From the NCBI GenBank assembly GCA_022843285.1, contig JALHNY010000003.1, forward strand, positions 25,533 through 89,532: DNA of 64,000 nt, read 5' to 3'. The translations under genes and the position numbers were made by a program. The notes under the pieces were generated by a model. It was given only the letters and a program-made list of their open reading frames with translations, made no database searches and was not told the origin of the DNA. Positions 46,286-55,784 of the stretch are shown piece after piece (the stretch's first letter is position 1; each line of letters opens with the position of its first letter). The stretch comes from Minisyncoccota bacterium (GTDB lineage Bacteria; Patescibacteriota; Minisyncoccia; UBA6257; 2-01-FULL-56-20).

Positions 46286-46873
46286 GTGCTGACCCAGACT
46301 AGCACCCCGGTTCCGATACGCCTAGCAAGGCGAATCATTCTAGGAACGACAATTGCGGGCTTTGTGTACGCCGCGGCCGCCTCTATATATACCGGTATCG
46401 AATTTGGGGTGCAGCAGGGCGTGGACACGGCTCTCTGGCGCCTTGCCAGTGTGGCCGTGCCGCCAAAGGTGCAGGCGCTCGAGCCCACCCCTAAAAAGCT
46501 AGCGTCAAAAGAACCCGTGGCTCCGGCCCCGAGCACTGCCCTCATCAGGCCCGCGAAGGGCATCGATTGGGGCATCATCCACGGAAACAATGGCGTGGAT
46601 ATCGCCAACAAGTGTGGCACCCCCATCGTCGCCGCCGCGAGCGGGACGGTTACTGAGGTGGGATCAGGTTGGAACGGGGGCTACGGAAACGCAATCCGAA
46701 TCAAGCACAAGAAGACGAGCACGTACTACGCCCACCTCTCAGAGATGCACGTGTCCGTGGGGGACGTCGTGGAGCAGGGCGAGGTCATCGGCCTCATGGG
46801 TATTACCGGCAAATCCACTGGATGCCACCTGCATTTCGAGGTACGCGGAGGCAGCAATCCATTCGGCAACTAG
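46286..46873 (+). CDS. M23-family (LytM-type) peptidoglycan endopeptidase
   Basis: …GIDI…GTPIVAAASGTV… and the HLHFEV zinc-binding motifs; N-terminal TM helix. Confidence 0.8.
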   Translation: MLTQTSTPVPIRLARRIILGTTIAGFVYAAAASIYTGIEFGVQQGVDTALWRLASVAVPPKVQALEPTPKKLASKEPVAPAPSTALIRPAKGIDWGIIHGNNGVDIANKCGTPIVAAASGTVTEVGSGWNGGYGNAIRIKHKKTSTYYAHLSEMHVSVGDVVEQGEVIGLMGITGKSTGCHLHFEVRGGSNPFGN

Positions 46874-46886
46874 TTTTTATTTTTTC

Positions 46887-47220
46887 TTAATATGTCGCAA
46901 AATATTGATAAACATGTTTATCAGAGGGTAAATGTTTGTCGACAAACATTTATGTGCAATTTGGTAAAAAGTGTTTAGCGCTAAACACTTTTGTTTCTAA
47001 AATCCGGTAATTTTTGATAAAACACCCTGACAAACATGTTTGTCAGGGTGTTCGATGTTTAGCGCTAAACAAAAATGCTGTTTTTAGATCTAAATTAGGG
47101 AAAAATGTTTAGCGCTAAACAAAATTTCGCAAACAAAGTGTTTAGCGCTAAACAAGTATTTACTGATAAACATGTTTGTCAGGGATTAATAATATGTCGC
47201 GAAATATTGTTTATCAGGGA
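46887..47220. repeat. AT-rich island with an array of 16-30 bp palindromes built on TGTTT/AAACA half-sites
   Basis: TGTTTAGCGCTAAACA occurs four times (~46973, 47055, 47106, 47139). TGATAAACATGTTTATCA / ACACCCTGACAAACATGTTTGTCAGGGTGT / TGATAAACATGTTTGTCA occur at ~46906, 47027 and 47165. AAATGTTTGTCGACAAACATTT is at ~46935. The flanks share a similar sequence (AATATGTCGC[A/G]AAATATTG…TTATCAG[A]GG at 46889 and 47190). Confidence 0.75.
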
Positions 47221-47358
47221 AAATGAAATATTTACAGCTGAATTGCCGTAATAAAGGTACCTAGAGAGGGTTTGCCGGATTGCCAAGGTGTCCGCCCCTT
47301 GGCAATAATTCGTGCGTACAAAACTAAATAGGTACAACTCAATAACAACTTAATAGAC

Positions 47359-48693
47359 ATGCTAAATATCAAAGATATCGGTAAGGCTCTGAAGCAGATT
47401 GCTGATGAGAAGGGCCTCCCCCAAGACAAGGTCCTAGAGGCCATCGAATACGCCATCGCCACCGCGTACAAAAAGGAGTACGGCGGCAAGAGCGAGATCA
47501 TCAAAGCGAACCTGGACATCAACTCCGGGGCTCTGACCTTTTGGAAGGAAAAGACCGTCGTGGACGAGACCATCGTTCGCTTCGTCACCCCCGAAGAGGA
47601 GGCCGCAGAGGAAGAGGCGCGCACGCTCGCACTTCAGCAGGGACTTCGCCCCGCTTCACCTGATGCAGAGGTTGATGAGGATGGGCAGCCCAAGCTCCCG
47701 CGGTACAACCCGGAGCGCCACATGCTCCTCGATGAGGCGAAGGCCATCAAGCCAGACGCAAGCATCGGAGACGTGCTGACCTTCCCGCTTGAAGCTCGTG
47801 AGGACTTCGGGCGCATCGCTGCGCAGGCAGCCAAGCAGGTTGTCATGCAGCGCCTCCGTGAGTCTGAGCGCTCACTCATCCTGGATGAGTGGCGCGGCAA
47901 GGAGGGGCAGATTGTTTCGGGCACCGTCCAGCGCTACGAGCGTGGCCACGTGTACATCGACTTCGGTCGAGCGACGGGCGTCATGTTCTACAACGAGTCG
48001 ATTCCGGGTGAGCACTACCGCACCGGAGATCGTCTGCGCTTCTACGTGCTCGCCGTGCAGGAGGACACCCGCATGCCGGGCATCATCCTGTCCCGCTCGC
48101 ACCCGATGTTCGTGCAGAAGCTCTTTGAACTCGAGGTGCCGGAACTCGCAGAGGGCGCCGTCGAGATTAAGGGCATCGCACGTGAGGCGGGGAGCCGCAC
48201 GAAGGTTGCCGCGCAGTCTCACGCGCCAGGTGTGGATCCGATCGGCTCCTTCGTCGGTCAGCGCGGCACGCGCGTCATGGCTGTGACCAACGAGCTCGGA
48301 CAGGAGAAGATCGACATCATCGAGTGGTCTGAGGAGCCGGAGGTGTTCATCGCCAACTCGCTGTCACCGGCGAAGGTGAACGTGGTGGAAACCATGGATC
48401 GCCGCGAGGCGCGCGTCTTCGTTCCGGAAGATCAGCTCTCACTGGCAATCGGTAAGGGCGGGCAGAACGTGCGCCTCGCCGCGAAGCTCACCGGATGGAA
48501 GATCGACGTTCGTTCGAGCTCTGATCCGGATGCAACTCAGGAGGGTGGCGTCGCCACCAGCGAGGGGGAGACGCTCGCTGACGACGTGGACGAGGCGGTA
48601 GACATTACCTCGGCAGATCCTGAAGAGCTCGCAGAGGAGGGAGCAGAGATTGCCGCAGAGGAGGAGGTGGTCGAAGAAGAGAAGCAGGCCTAA
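47359..48693 (+). CDS. nusA: transcription termination/antitermination factor NusA
   Basis: N-terminal domain, S1 domain and two KH domains (…GKGGQNVRLAAKLTGWKIDV…); acidic C-terminus. Confidence 0.9.
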   Translation: MLNIKDIGKALKQIADEKGLPQDKVLEAIEYAIATAYKKEYGGKSEIIKANLDINSGALTFWKEKTVVDETIVRFVTPEEEAAEEEARTLALQQGLRPASPDAEVDEDGQPKLPRYNPERHMLLDEAKAIKPDASIGDVLTFPLEAREDFGRIAAQAAKQVVMQRLRESERSLILDEWRGKEGQIVSGTVQRYERGHVYIDFGRATGVMFYNESIPGEHYRTGDRLRFYVLAVQEDTRMPGIILSRSHPMFVQKLFELEVPELAEGAVEIKGIAREAGSRTKVAAQSHAPGVDPIGSFVGQRGTRVMAVTNELGQEKIDIIEWSEEPEVFIANSLSPAKVNVVETMDRREARVFVPEDQLSLAIGKGGQNVRLAAKLTGWKIDVRSSSDPDATQEGGVATSEGETLADDVDEAVDITSADPEELAEEGAEIAAEEEVVEEEKQA

Positions 48694-48699
48694 CGAGCA

Positions 48700-49236
48700 A
48701 TGAACGTCATCCACGGCCTAGGAGCAGGGGAAAAGGCTCCAGAGATTGTCACCGGAGTCATTGAGATTCCGAAGGGCAGCCAGAACAAGTACGAGTACGA
48801 TGAGGAGAGGGGAGTTTTCACTCTCGATCGCGTGCTCTACTCGCCGATGCACTACCCGCTAGACTACGGTTTCATCCCGGGTACGCGATCGGAAGACGGG
48901 GATCACCTCGACGTGATGGTCATCGGCTCTGATCCGGTGTTCACGGGGTGCGTCGTTGACGTGCGGCCGGTCGGCCTCCTCGAGATGATCGACAGCGGCG
49001 AGAAGGACTACAAGATTCTCGCGGTCCAGGTGCAGAACCCTCGCCTGGCGCACCTGAGAGACATCCAAGACGTTGAAGCATGGAACGGGCACCTCCTGAA
49101 AGAAATTGCCCACTTCATGGAGTCCTACAAGCACCTCGAGGGCAAGAAGGCGGAAGTCGCAGAATGGCTCGATGCCAAGGCAGCCCAGAAGGAAATTGTG
49201 GACGCCATGGCAGCATTTGCAGCAGAATCAAAGTAA
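48700..49236 (+). CDS. ppa: inorganic pyrophosphatase
   Basis: …[22 protein letters not shown]… family I PPase motifs. Confidence 0.9.
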   Translation: MNVIHGLGAGEKAPEIVTGVIEIPKGSQNKYEYDEERGVFTLDRVLYSPMHYPLDYGFIPGTRSEDGDHLDVMVIGSDPVFTGCVVDVRPVGLLEMIDSGEKDYKILAVQVQNPRLAHLRDIQDVEAWNGHLLKEIAHFMESYKHLEGKKAEVAEWLDAKAAQKEIVDAMAAFAAESK

Positions 49237-49240
49237 AGTA

Positions 49241-49825
49241 ATGAACCTCATCCCAACAGTTATCGAGAAATCCCAGTTCGGAGAGCGGGCGTACGACATC
49301 TACTCGCGCCTGCTCAACGAGCGCATCATTTTCCTGGGCGGCCCCATCTACGATGATGTAGCCAACACGATCATCGCGCAGCTCCTGTTCCTGGACTACG
49401 CGGATTCTAAGAAGGACATTCACCTGTACATCAACAGCCCCGGTGGTTCGGTGGTGTCCGGCATGGCCATCTATGACGTGATGCAGTACGTGAAGGCAGA
49501 TGTCTCAACCATCTGCGTCGGCATCGCCGCTTCAATGGGGGCGACGCTCCTGGCCGCCGGTGCGAAGGGCAAGCGGCACGCTCTCCCTAACGCGGAGGTG
49601 ATGATCCACCAGGTCATGAGTGGCGGCATCGAGGGGCAGGCTACGGACATTGAAATTGCGGCGAAGCACATCCTGCACACCAAGGAGCGCATGAACGAGA
49701 TTCTCGCGAAGCACACGGGGCAGACTGTCGCGCGCATTGCCAAGGACACCGACCGTGACAACTACATGTCCGCCGAGGAGGCGAAAAAGTACGGAATGAT
49801 CGACTCGGTTATCAAGACGCACTAG
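49241..49825 (+). CDS. clpP: ATP-dependent Clp protease proteolytic subunit
   Basis: [25 protein letters not shown]…GAASMG… with the Ser-His-Asp triad context. The true start is the internal ATG of track ORF 49106..49825. Confidence 0.9.
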   Translation: MNLIPTVIEKSQFGERAYDIYSRLLNERIIFLGGPIYDDVANTIIAQLLFLDYADSKKDIHLYINSPGGSVVSGMAIYDVMQYVKADVSTICVGIAASMGATLLAAGAKGKRHALPNAEVMIHQVMSGGIEGQATDIEIAAKHILHTKERMNEILAKHTGQTVARIAKDTDRDNYMSAEEAKKYGMIDSVIKTH

Positions 49826-49839
49826 CGCCCGCACGAGGG

Positions 49840-49872
49840 CAAGAGCCGGCCCCGGGGCCGGCTCTTGTTTTT
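49840..49872. terminator. bidirectional rho-independent terminator
   Basis: CAAGAGCCGGCCCC-GG-GGCCGGCTCTTG followed by TTTTT; it sits between convergent clpP and the HAD gene. Confidence 0.7.
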
Positions 49873-50539
49873 ACCGAGATGCCCGCAGCGCGCTCGCGAT
49901 GTCATCCCACGTCCGGTACCGCTCCGCTTCCCCGTACCCCTTGCTGGTTTTGCCGTTGTCGTAGAGGTAGACGGTGCCGCGGTAGCCGAGATCGGCTAGC
50001 TGCCCGGGGAGTTCCGGGTGATCATCCACGATGCCGATGACGTGCGGGTAGAGCCTCACGAGGAGGCGAGCCTTCCAGCTGTTCTTCTCCTCAAAGGAGG
50101 TCTGCTTGCTGCGCATGATGAGCGGGGCATCCGGAAAGCCGTGCTCGGCGAGCCAGCGCTGCGTGCCCTCGAGCACTGACTCGGGGCGGGCGGTAATGTA
50201 CGCGGCAATCTCGTGCGTATCGCCGAGACCGGCTACAGCTTCCCTAGCTTCTGGGATGACGGGCATGCTCGCGTTGAAGTCATTGGAGTGCACCAGCTCC
50301 TGCAAACGCGCGAGGGCCTCGTCGCTCTTCCAGTACGGGACGTTATCGAACCAGCCGTACTTCGCCACAACTTCTTCCCGCGTCAGTGACTCAGGGTTTG
50401 CGAAAGAATCGAGCATTTCCTGCACCCAGCGTGAGTCCGTGTACGAGAGCGTGTCGTCGATATCCAGGGCTAGTCCCGGCTTCGCGAGCTTCGAGCAGTG
50501 CTCAATGAGCTCATCTTCAGAGAGCGGCGCGTACGGCAT
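49871..50539 (-). CDS. HAD-superfamily hydrolase (5'(3')-deoxyribonucleotidase-like)
   Basis: HAD motif I LALDIDDTL near the N-terminus; 222 aa. Confidence 0.5.
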   Translation of the reverse strand: MPYAPLSEDELIEHCSKLAKPGLALDIDDTLSYTDSRWVQEMLDSFANPESLTREEVVAKYGWFDNVPYWKSDEALARLQELVHSNDFNASMPVIPEAREAVAGLGDTHEIAAYITARPESVLEGTQRWLAEHGFPDAPLIMRSKQTSFEEKNSWKARLLVRLYPHVIGIVDDHPELPGQLADLGYRGTVYLYDNGKTSKGYGEAERYRTWDDIASALRASR

Positions 50540-50541
50540 GG

Positions 50542-51759
50542 CTACGAGACCCTGAAGTGCACGAACCGGTGCTTGCCCACTTTGAGGCGCAGGTCTGCCT
50601 CAATGGGGAGCAGGGCGTCTCCAATCTTTCCTCCGGCATCGAGGTCTGAGATAGCCCCGTTTTCGATGAGGCGGCGGACATCAGTCTTGGAAGAGGCGAG
50701 CCCCGCATCGACGAGGGCTTCGATGAGCGGCGTGCCGGATTTCACGGAGTGCTCGGGGATCTCATCCGGCGTGCCGCCCTCGCTGAATGTGGCGATCCAG
50801 GACTCGCGCGCGGCTTTCGCGGCGCTGTCATCGTGGTACGTGCGCACGATTTCTTCAGCGAGTTCGAGCTTGAGGTTTTTGGGGTTTTCCCCTCCGTTGA
50901 GCCGCTCGTACTTCTCCTCCACCTCGGGGAGGGGGAGGCGGGTGCAGTCCACGAAGACCTGGATGATGCCCTCGTCGGGGAGCGCCATGACTTTGCCGAA
51001 CATCTGGTCCGGAGTCTCGTTGAGCCCGATGCCCGTCCCCGCGCTCTTGCTCATCATTTTCTCTCCGGTCGCGGGGTTCTCGAGCAGGGTCGTGGTGATC
51101 ACAAACTTCTCGCGGCCGAGGTACCGCTTCACGAGCGTCCTGCCGGCCAGCATGTTGAACGTCTGGTCCGTGCCGCCCACCTCGAGGTCAACGTCGAGTG
51201 CCACGGAGTCGTACCCCTGCATGAGCGGGTAGAAGAACTCGTGCACGTACAGGGGCTTCTGCTCCTTGATGCGCTTCTCGAACATGTCGCGCTCGAGCAT
51301 CTGCTGCACGGTGAAGCTGCTCGCGAGATCGGCGAGCTTCTCAAAGTTGAGATCCTTGAGCCACGCGCTGTTGAACTTGAACTCAATCGGGTTGCGCTTG
51401 TCCTCGAAGGGGAGAATTTTGCCAATCTGCTCTTTGAAGGTCGCGAGGTTCTTTTCTATCTCCTCGCGGGTGAGGCGGACGCGCGCTGACATCTTGTCCG
51501 TCGGATCGCCGATCATGGCGGTGAAGTCACCGACCAGCACGACAATCTTGTGGCCGAGGTTGTGTAGCCTTTCGAGCAGGAGGTAGTTGGTCGCGTGGCC
51601 CAGGTGGACGTAGTCAGCCGTCGGGTCGATGCCGACGTACACCTTGAGCTGCTTGCCGGAGCTGAGCGCCTCGCGGAGCTGGTCCGCGTCCGGGTACACC
51701 GTGTCGACGGAGCGCGAGAGGATTTCCTCGATCAGGGTCGGGTCGGTGTTTATCTGCAT
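50542..51759 (-). CDS. tyrS: tyrosine--tRNA ligase
   Basis: HLGH (HIGH) and KMSKS motifs; C-terminal S4-like domain. Confidence 0.9.
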   Translation of the reverse strand: MQINTDPTLIEEILSRSVDTVYPDADQLREALSSGKQLKVYVGIDPTADYVHLGHATNYLLLERLHNLGHKIVVLVGDFTAMIGDPTDKMSARVRLTREEIEKNLATFKEQIGKILPFEDKRNPIEFKFNSAWLKDLNFEKLADLASSFTVQQMLERDMFEKRIKEQKPLYVHEFFYPLMQGYDSVALDVDLEVGGTDQTFNMLAGRTLVKRYLGREKFVITTTLLENPATGEKMMSKSAGTGIGLNETPDQMFGKVMALPDEGIIQVFVDCTRLPLPEVEEKYERLNGGENPKNLKLELAEEIVRTYHDDSAAKAARESWIATFSEGGTPDEIPEHSVKSGTPLIEALVDAGLASSKTDVRRLIENGAISDLDAGGKIGDALLPIEADLRLKVGKHRFVHFRVS

Positions 51760-51790
51760 ACGTGCGATTTTAGCACGCCAGAACGTTCGG

Positions 51791-51861
51791 AGCGGGTAAG
51801 GGGAATCGAACCCCTATCTTCACCTTGGAAGGGTGACGTACTACCACTATACGATACCCGC
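51791..51861 (-). tRNA. tRNA-Gly (anticodon UCC)
   Basis: The reverse complement GCGGGTA…TCACC-CTTCCAA-GGTGA…AGGGG-TTCGATT-CCCCT-TACCCGC-T folds as a cloverleaf. Confidence 0.85.
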
Positions 51862-51950
51862 GTGGTGCCGTAATACTACGAAAACCGAGAAAAAAGGCTA
51901 GGTTACGTTCCCTTACCACCCCGGGCTTTCAGCCGTACAATGCCCTCGAA

Positions 51951-52023
51951 GCACCCATAGCTCAACGGTTAGAGCAGTCGTCTTATACACGACCGGTTCC
52001 TGGTTCGAGTCCAGGTGGGTGCA
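51951..52023 (+). tRNA. tRNA-Ile with a UAU anticodon (AUA-decoding)
   Basis: GCACCCA-TA-GCTC-AACGGTTA-GAGC-A-GTCGT-CTTATAC-ACGAC-CGGTT-CCTGG-TTCGAGT-CCAGG-TGGGTGC-A. All stems pair perfectly, with U33 and A37 flanking anticodon TAT. Confidence 0.75.
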
Positions 52024-52027
52024 CCCG

Positions 52028-52759
52028 CTACGGATTGGTCGCCGGGGTCGAGGTGGTCGGCTCTCCCTCGAGCTCTAGATCAACGGTCGTGGTCGCCGTT
52101 TCGGTGGTACTGGTGCTCGTGGTTGCCATGGGAGCCTCAAAGAAAATTCTGCGCGAGGTGCTGCGGCTGCGCCCGAGGAGCTTGGATGCCTCCACGGTGA
52201 AATCGTTAGGGGTGCCGGGCTGGAGGTTCACCTCCTTCTCCCACGTGCCCGCTTCGGTGAGCGGAACCGCCTCGCCGTTAATCGTCACGCGACTGCCGGG
52301 CGTTGCGGTGCCAGCAATCTTTGCCGGGCTCTCCGTATACACGATGCCATCGCGGTCCGGATCGGTGATGGCAACGTCTGGCAAGCCGAGAATGGCCGCG
52401 AAGCGGAATCCGACGAACGTGAGCAGGAGCAAAATGACGGGCACGCCCCAGAGGAGCCAGCGTGGCGCGCGGTTGCGGGAGAAGCGGTTGCGGGGGAGGA
52501 GGTCTCCGGTGCCGGAGCTCTTCACGGGTTCGGCGCGCTTGATCTGCTGCCACCAGGCCTCGCCATCGAAATCGAGCAGGGTGCCGAGCTTGACGAGGTA
52601 GCCGTGCAGGTAGGGGGCGGCGGGGAGGTTCGAGTGGTCACCCTGGGCGAGCTGCTCGAGGACGGCGATGGGCACGCCAGTGGAATCGGCGGCCTGCTGG
52701 AGGGAGAGCTTGCGTTCGCGGAGCTTGGTGAGGAGGAGTGTGGAGAGGTCTTCGTGCAT
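52028..52759 (-). CDS. RodZ-like protein (N-terminal XRE-type HTH, single TM, extracytoplasmic domain, Thr-rich tail)
   Basis: HTH segment …LSLQQAADSTGVPIAVLEQLAQGD…, a TM helix WLLWGVPVILLLLTFVGF, then a C-terminal domain. Confidence 0.5.
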   Translation of the reverse strand: MHEDLSTLLLTKLRERKLSLQQAADSTGVPIAVLEQLAQGDHSNLPAAPYLHGYLVKLGTLLDFDGEAWWQQIKRAEPVKSSGTGDLLPRNRFSRNRAPRWLLWGVPVILLLLTFVGFRFAAILGLPDVAITDPDRDGIVYTESPAKIAGTATPGSRVTINGEAVPLTEAGTWEKEVNLQPGTPNDFTVEASKLLGRSRSTSRRIFFEAPMATTSTSTTETATTTVDLELEGEPTTSTPATNP

Positions 52760-54922
52760 TTAGGCTTCCAGGAAATCCTCGATCTTATCCATGAAAACCT
52801 CACGGGGTTTCGCGCCGTCTCCGGGGCCGATGAGGTCCCTGGCCTCCATGATGTCCAGGAGGCGGGCAGCACGGGCGTACCCGACCTTCAGGCGGCGCTG
52901 GAGCAGAGAAGCTGAGGCTTTCTGGGCCATCCCGACGGTCGTGACCGCTTCGTGGAGAAGATCGTCTTCTTCCTCATCTTCCATGAAGGTGTCGAGGTTG
53001 TCGAGGGAGTTGGCGGCGGGGCGCTCCTCGCCGTCCTCCACCTCTGTTTCGGGCTGCACCACGTTGTTGTGCTGCTTCACGAAGTCGGTGACCTTGGTGA
53101 TTTCGTCTTCGGTCAGGTAGGCGCCCTGGATGCGCTTCGGCTGCGTGTGCTGCGGGGAAAGGAAGAGGAGGTCTCCGCCGCCGAGGAGCTTCTCGGCGCC
53201 AGAGCCATCGAGGATCGTGCGCGAGTCGATCTGGCTCGCCACCTGCAGCGCGATGCGGTTCGTGATATTCGCCTTGATGAGGCCGGTGATGACCTCAACG
53301 GACGGGCGCTGCGTGGCGAGGATGAGGTGGATGCCGGTCGCGCGCGCCATCTGCGCGAGGCGGATGATGTATCCCTCGACCTCGCGTCCGAAGGTAGCCA
53401 TGAGGTCCGCCATCTCGTCGATGACGATGACGATGTACGGCATGGCGCTGTCCTTGTGCTTGGCGTTGTAGCTGGCGATGTCACGGCTGCCCACCTGGGC
53501 GAAGAGCTCGTAGCGCTGCTCCATTTCCTGGATAGCCCAGCGGAGGACGGCGAGCGCTTTCTTGTTCTCCGTCACCACGGGGAGCGCGAGGTGGGGGAGC
53601 GAGGCGTACATGGAGAGCTCCACGCGCTTGGGATCCACGAGCGCGAGGCGGAGCGTCGCTGGGGAGTTCTTGAACAGCAGCGAGGTGATGAGGGAGTGCA
53701 CGAAGATGGACTTTCCAGATCCGGTCGCGCCGGCAACGAGGAGGTGGGGCATCTTGGCGATGCTCGCAAAAATGGGGTCGCCGGATACGTCGCGCCCGAG
53801 CGGGATGCCGAGCGGGCCGGAAGCCATGAACTCGGGGTACTGCAGCAGGCTGCCGAGGCGCACCATGGCCGCCTGCTTGTTGGGCACCTCGATGCCCACG
53901 AGGCTCTTGCCCGGAATGGGAGCCTCGATGCGGATGGGGTGCGCGGCTAGCGCGAGCGAGAGATCCTGGCCGAGGTTGGTGATGCGCGTGAGCTTCACGC
54001 CCTCTGCTGGCTTGAGCGAGTAGCGCGTGACCTTGGGGCCGACCGTGATCTCGCCCATGTCCACGGCGATGCCGAAGCTCTCGAGCGTGCGCTTGATGAT
54101 GTTCGCGTTCGCGCGCAGGTCACCGGTGGTGGGCTTATCCGCACCCGAGTTGAGGAGATCGAGAGGCGGCGGGGTGTAGTCCGCGGGGAGCCCCTGCAGC
54201 ACCTCACCCTTGCGCTTCTTGGGTGCGGCAGCTTCCTTCCTGCTCGAAGAGGGCGAGGGTTCGTCGTCGAGCTCCTCTCCATCGGCGGCAACCTCGACCT
54301 CCTCTTCAATGACTTCTTCCTCGTACTCCTCCTCCTCGGGTTCTTCCTCGTAAGCCTCTTCGTACTCCTCCTCGTCCACGCTCTCAGCTTCGGTCTTCGT
54401 GAAGAGCGCCGCGATGCGAGACCTCAAATTGAGCGGGCGGTTGGTGGCGATGAGCACACCCGCAAAGAGGATGAGCACGTTGATGACGCCCGCGGCGAGC
54501 CTCCCGAAGGGGATGGTGAGGAAGCCGAAAATCATGCCGAGGTAGCCACCGGCGAGGTGCGCGTACACCTCGAGGAGCGCGAGGCTGGCGAGGCCAGCGA
54601 GGCTCGCGCCGAGCAGGACGGTCTTGAGGATGTTGCGGCGCTCGGAGAACAGGAGGATGGCCGCTGATCCGAGGAGCAGGACGGGCAGCACGAGGTACCC
54701 GAAGCCGAAGAGGGCCGTGACGACATCAGAGATGAACGCTCCGGCGGGGCCAGCCTGCTGCCACTTTGCGAGGAGCAGGAGGGCGGCGACGCCGATGAGG
54801 CAGATTGCCACGACGCTCGCGCGGGTGTCCGGGTGCAGGTCCTCGTACACCTCCTTGATGGGTCTGATGGCGTGCTTGCGCAGGCGAGAGGGTGAGGATT
54901 CCGTGTCCTTCTTTTTAGCCAT
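52760..54922 (-). CDS. ftsK: DNA translocase FtsK
   Basis: N-terminal four TM helices, an acidic linker, a RecA-like motor with Walker A GATGSGKS, and a C-terminal gamma winged-helix (…LLDIMEARDLIGP…). Confidence 0.85.
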   Translation of the reverse strand: MAKKKDTESSPSRLRKHAIRPIKEVYEDLHPDTRASVVAICLIGVAALLLLAKWQQAGPAGAFISDVVTALFGFGYLVLPVLLLGSAAILLFSERRNILKTVLLGASLAGLASLALLEVYAHLAGGYLGMIFGFLTIPFGRLAAGVINVLILFAGVLIATNRPLNLRSRIAALFTKTEAESVDEEEYEEAYEEEPEEEEYEEEVIEEEVEVAADGEELDDEPSPSSSRKEAAAPKKRKGEVLQGLPADYTPPPLDLLNSGADKPTTGDLRANANIIKRTLESFGIAVDMGEITVGPKVTRYSLKPAEGVKLTRITNLGQDLSLALAAHPIRIEAPIPGKSLVGIEVPNKQAAMVRLGSLLQYPEFMASGPLGIPLGRDVSGDPIFASIAKMPHLLVAGATGSGKSIFVHSLITSLLFKNSPATLRLALVDPKRVELSMYASLPHLALPVVTENKKALAVLRWAIQEMEQRYELFAQVGSRDIASYNAKHKDSAMPYIVIVIDEMADLMATFGREVEGYIIRLAQMARATGIHLILATQRPSVEVITGLIKANITNRIALQVASQIDSRTILDGSGAEKLLGGGDLLFLSPQHTQPKRIQGAYLTEDEITKVTDFVKQHNNVVQPETEVEDGEERPAANSLDNLDTFMEDEEEDDLLHEAVTTVGMAQKASASLLQRRLKVGYARAARLLDIMEARDLIGPGDGAKPREVFMDKIEDFLEA

Positions 54923-54991
54923 GTATGAGGCAATTAAATAGGAAAAAGGCGCTCACGGAAAGCGCCCTCCTCATTTTTGGTCTGATTGAAC

Positions 54992-55675
54992 CTACGCGGA
55001 TGCCCCGCGCGAGCTGGGCATCCAGAACTGCCCGGCGTGGCTCTCGAGCCTCTCCAACAGCGACGCTGCCGTCGCGGCAACGCCCGCTTCGAGCGTGCCG
55101 AGCGTGATGCTCGGGACGAACTCTTCAGGCGTGAAGATGCGCGCCGCAGCCTTTCGTTCCGCAGAGGCGTTCGCCAAGCGGAGAGCGATCTGCTCGTCGG
55201 TCTCGTTGCTGGTTGCCTGGCGAGCCCTGAGCCGCTTCCTGAGCACACCTGGCGGCGTGTCCAGAAAGAAGAAGCACCCCAGCGGGAGAGACGGGCGGAT
55301 TGCTTCGATGCCCTGGACGTCAATTTCCAGGAACACGAACTTGCCCGAAAGGATTGCCTCGTGCAGCGGCTCGGCGGACGTGCCGTACCAGTTGCCGTGC
55401 ACCTCCTTGCACTCGAGGAACGCGTTCGCTTCGCGGAGCTCCTCGAACGCCTTTTGGGTCACGAAGTGGTAGTCCACCCCGTCACGCTCGCCGGTGCGCG
55501 GATGGCGCGTGGTGTGCGAGACGCTGAAGTGGATGTGCTGCCCGTATTGCTTGCGGATGTGCTTCACGAGCTCCCCCTTGCCAGCCCCGGACGGGCCAGA
55601 CAGAGAGAAGAGCTTGGTGCCATCAAAAGATACAAACCCGTATTGGCACAGGTTTGCCAAGTTCACGTACGTCAT
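54992..55675 (-). CDS. gmk: guanylate kinase
   Basis: P-loop LSGPSGAGKGEL and GMP-binding motifs. Confidence 0.85.
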   Translation of the reverse strand: MTYVNLANLCQYGFVSFDGTKLFSLSGPSGAGKGELVKHIRKQYGQHIHFSVSHTTRHPRTGERDGVDYHFVTQKAFEELREANAFLECKEVHGNWYGTSAEPLHEAILSGKFVFLEIDVQGIEAIRPSLPLGCFFFLDTPPGVLRKRLRARQATSNETDEQIALRLANASAERKAAARIFTPEEFVPSITLGTLEAGVAATAASLLERLESHAGQFWMPSSRGASA

Positions 55676-55784
55676 AAGTTACCTCTCTTGTATTCAGTTT
55701 TGAAAAATCGTGGGAATACGTAACCACAATTCACGTAGTATGTCCACCCTTCCCCTCGGGGAGTCGTGCCCCTAGAGTGTCCCC

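Noticed and set aside
46874-47358. Considered a CRISPR array, an IS/transposon end, or a second oriC for the palindrome-rich AT island
   Set aside because: The repeats are palindromes of different lengths, not direct repeats with unique spacers, so it is not CRISPR. There is no transposase, integrase or target duplication nearby. dnaA-dnaN lies 18 kb away and no DnaA-box consensus (TTATCCACA) is present. It is reported as an unexplained palindrome array.
49106-49240. A 45-codon N-terminal extension of the clpP track ORF
   Set aside because: It overlaps the 3' end of ppa in another frame. ClpP homology begins at the internal Met at 49241.
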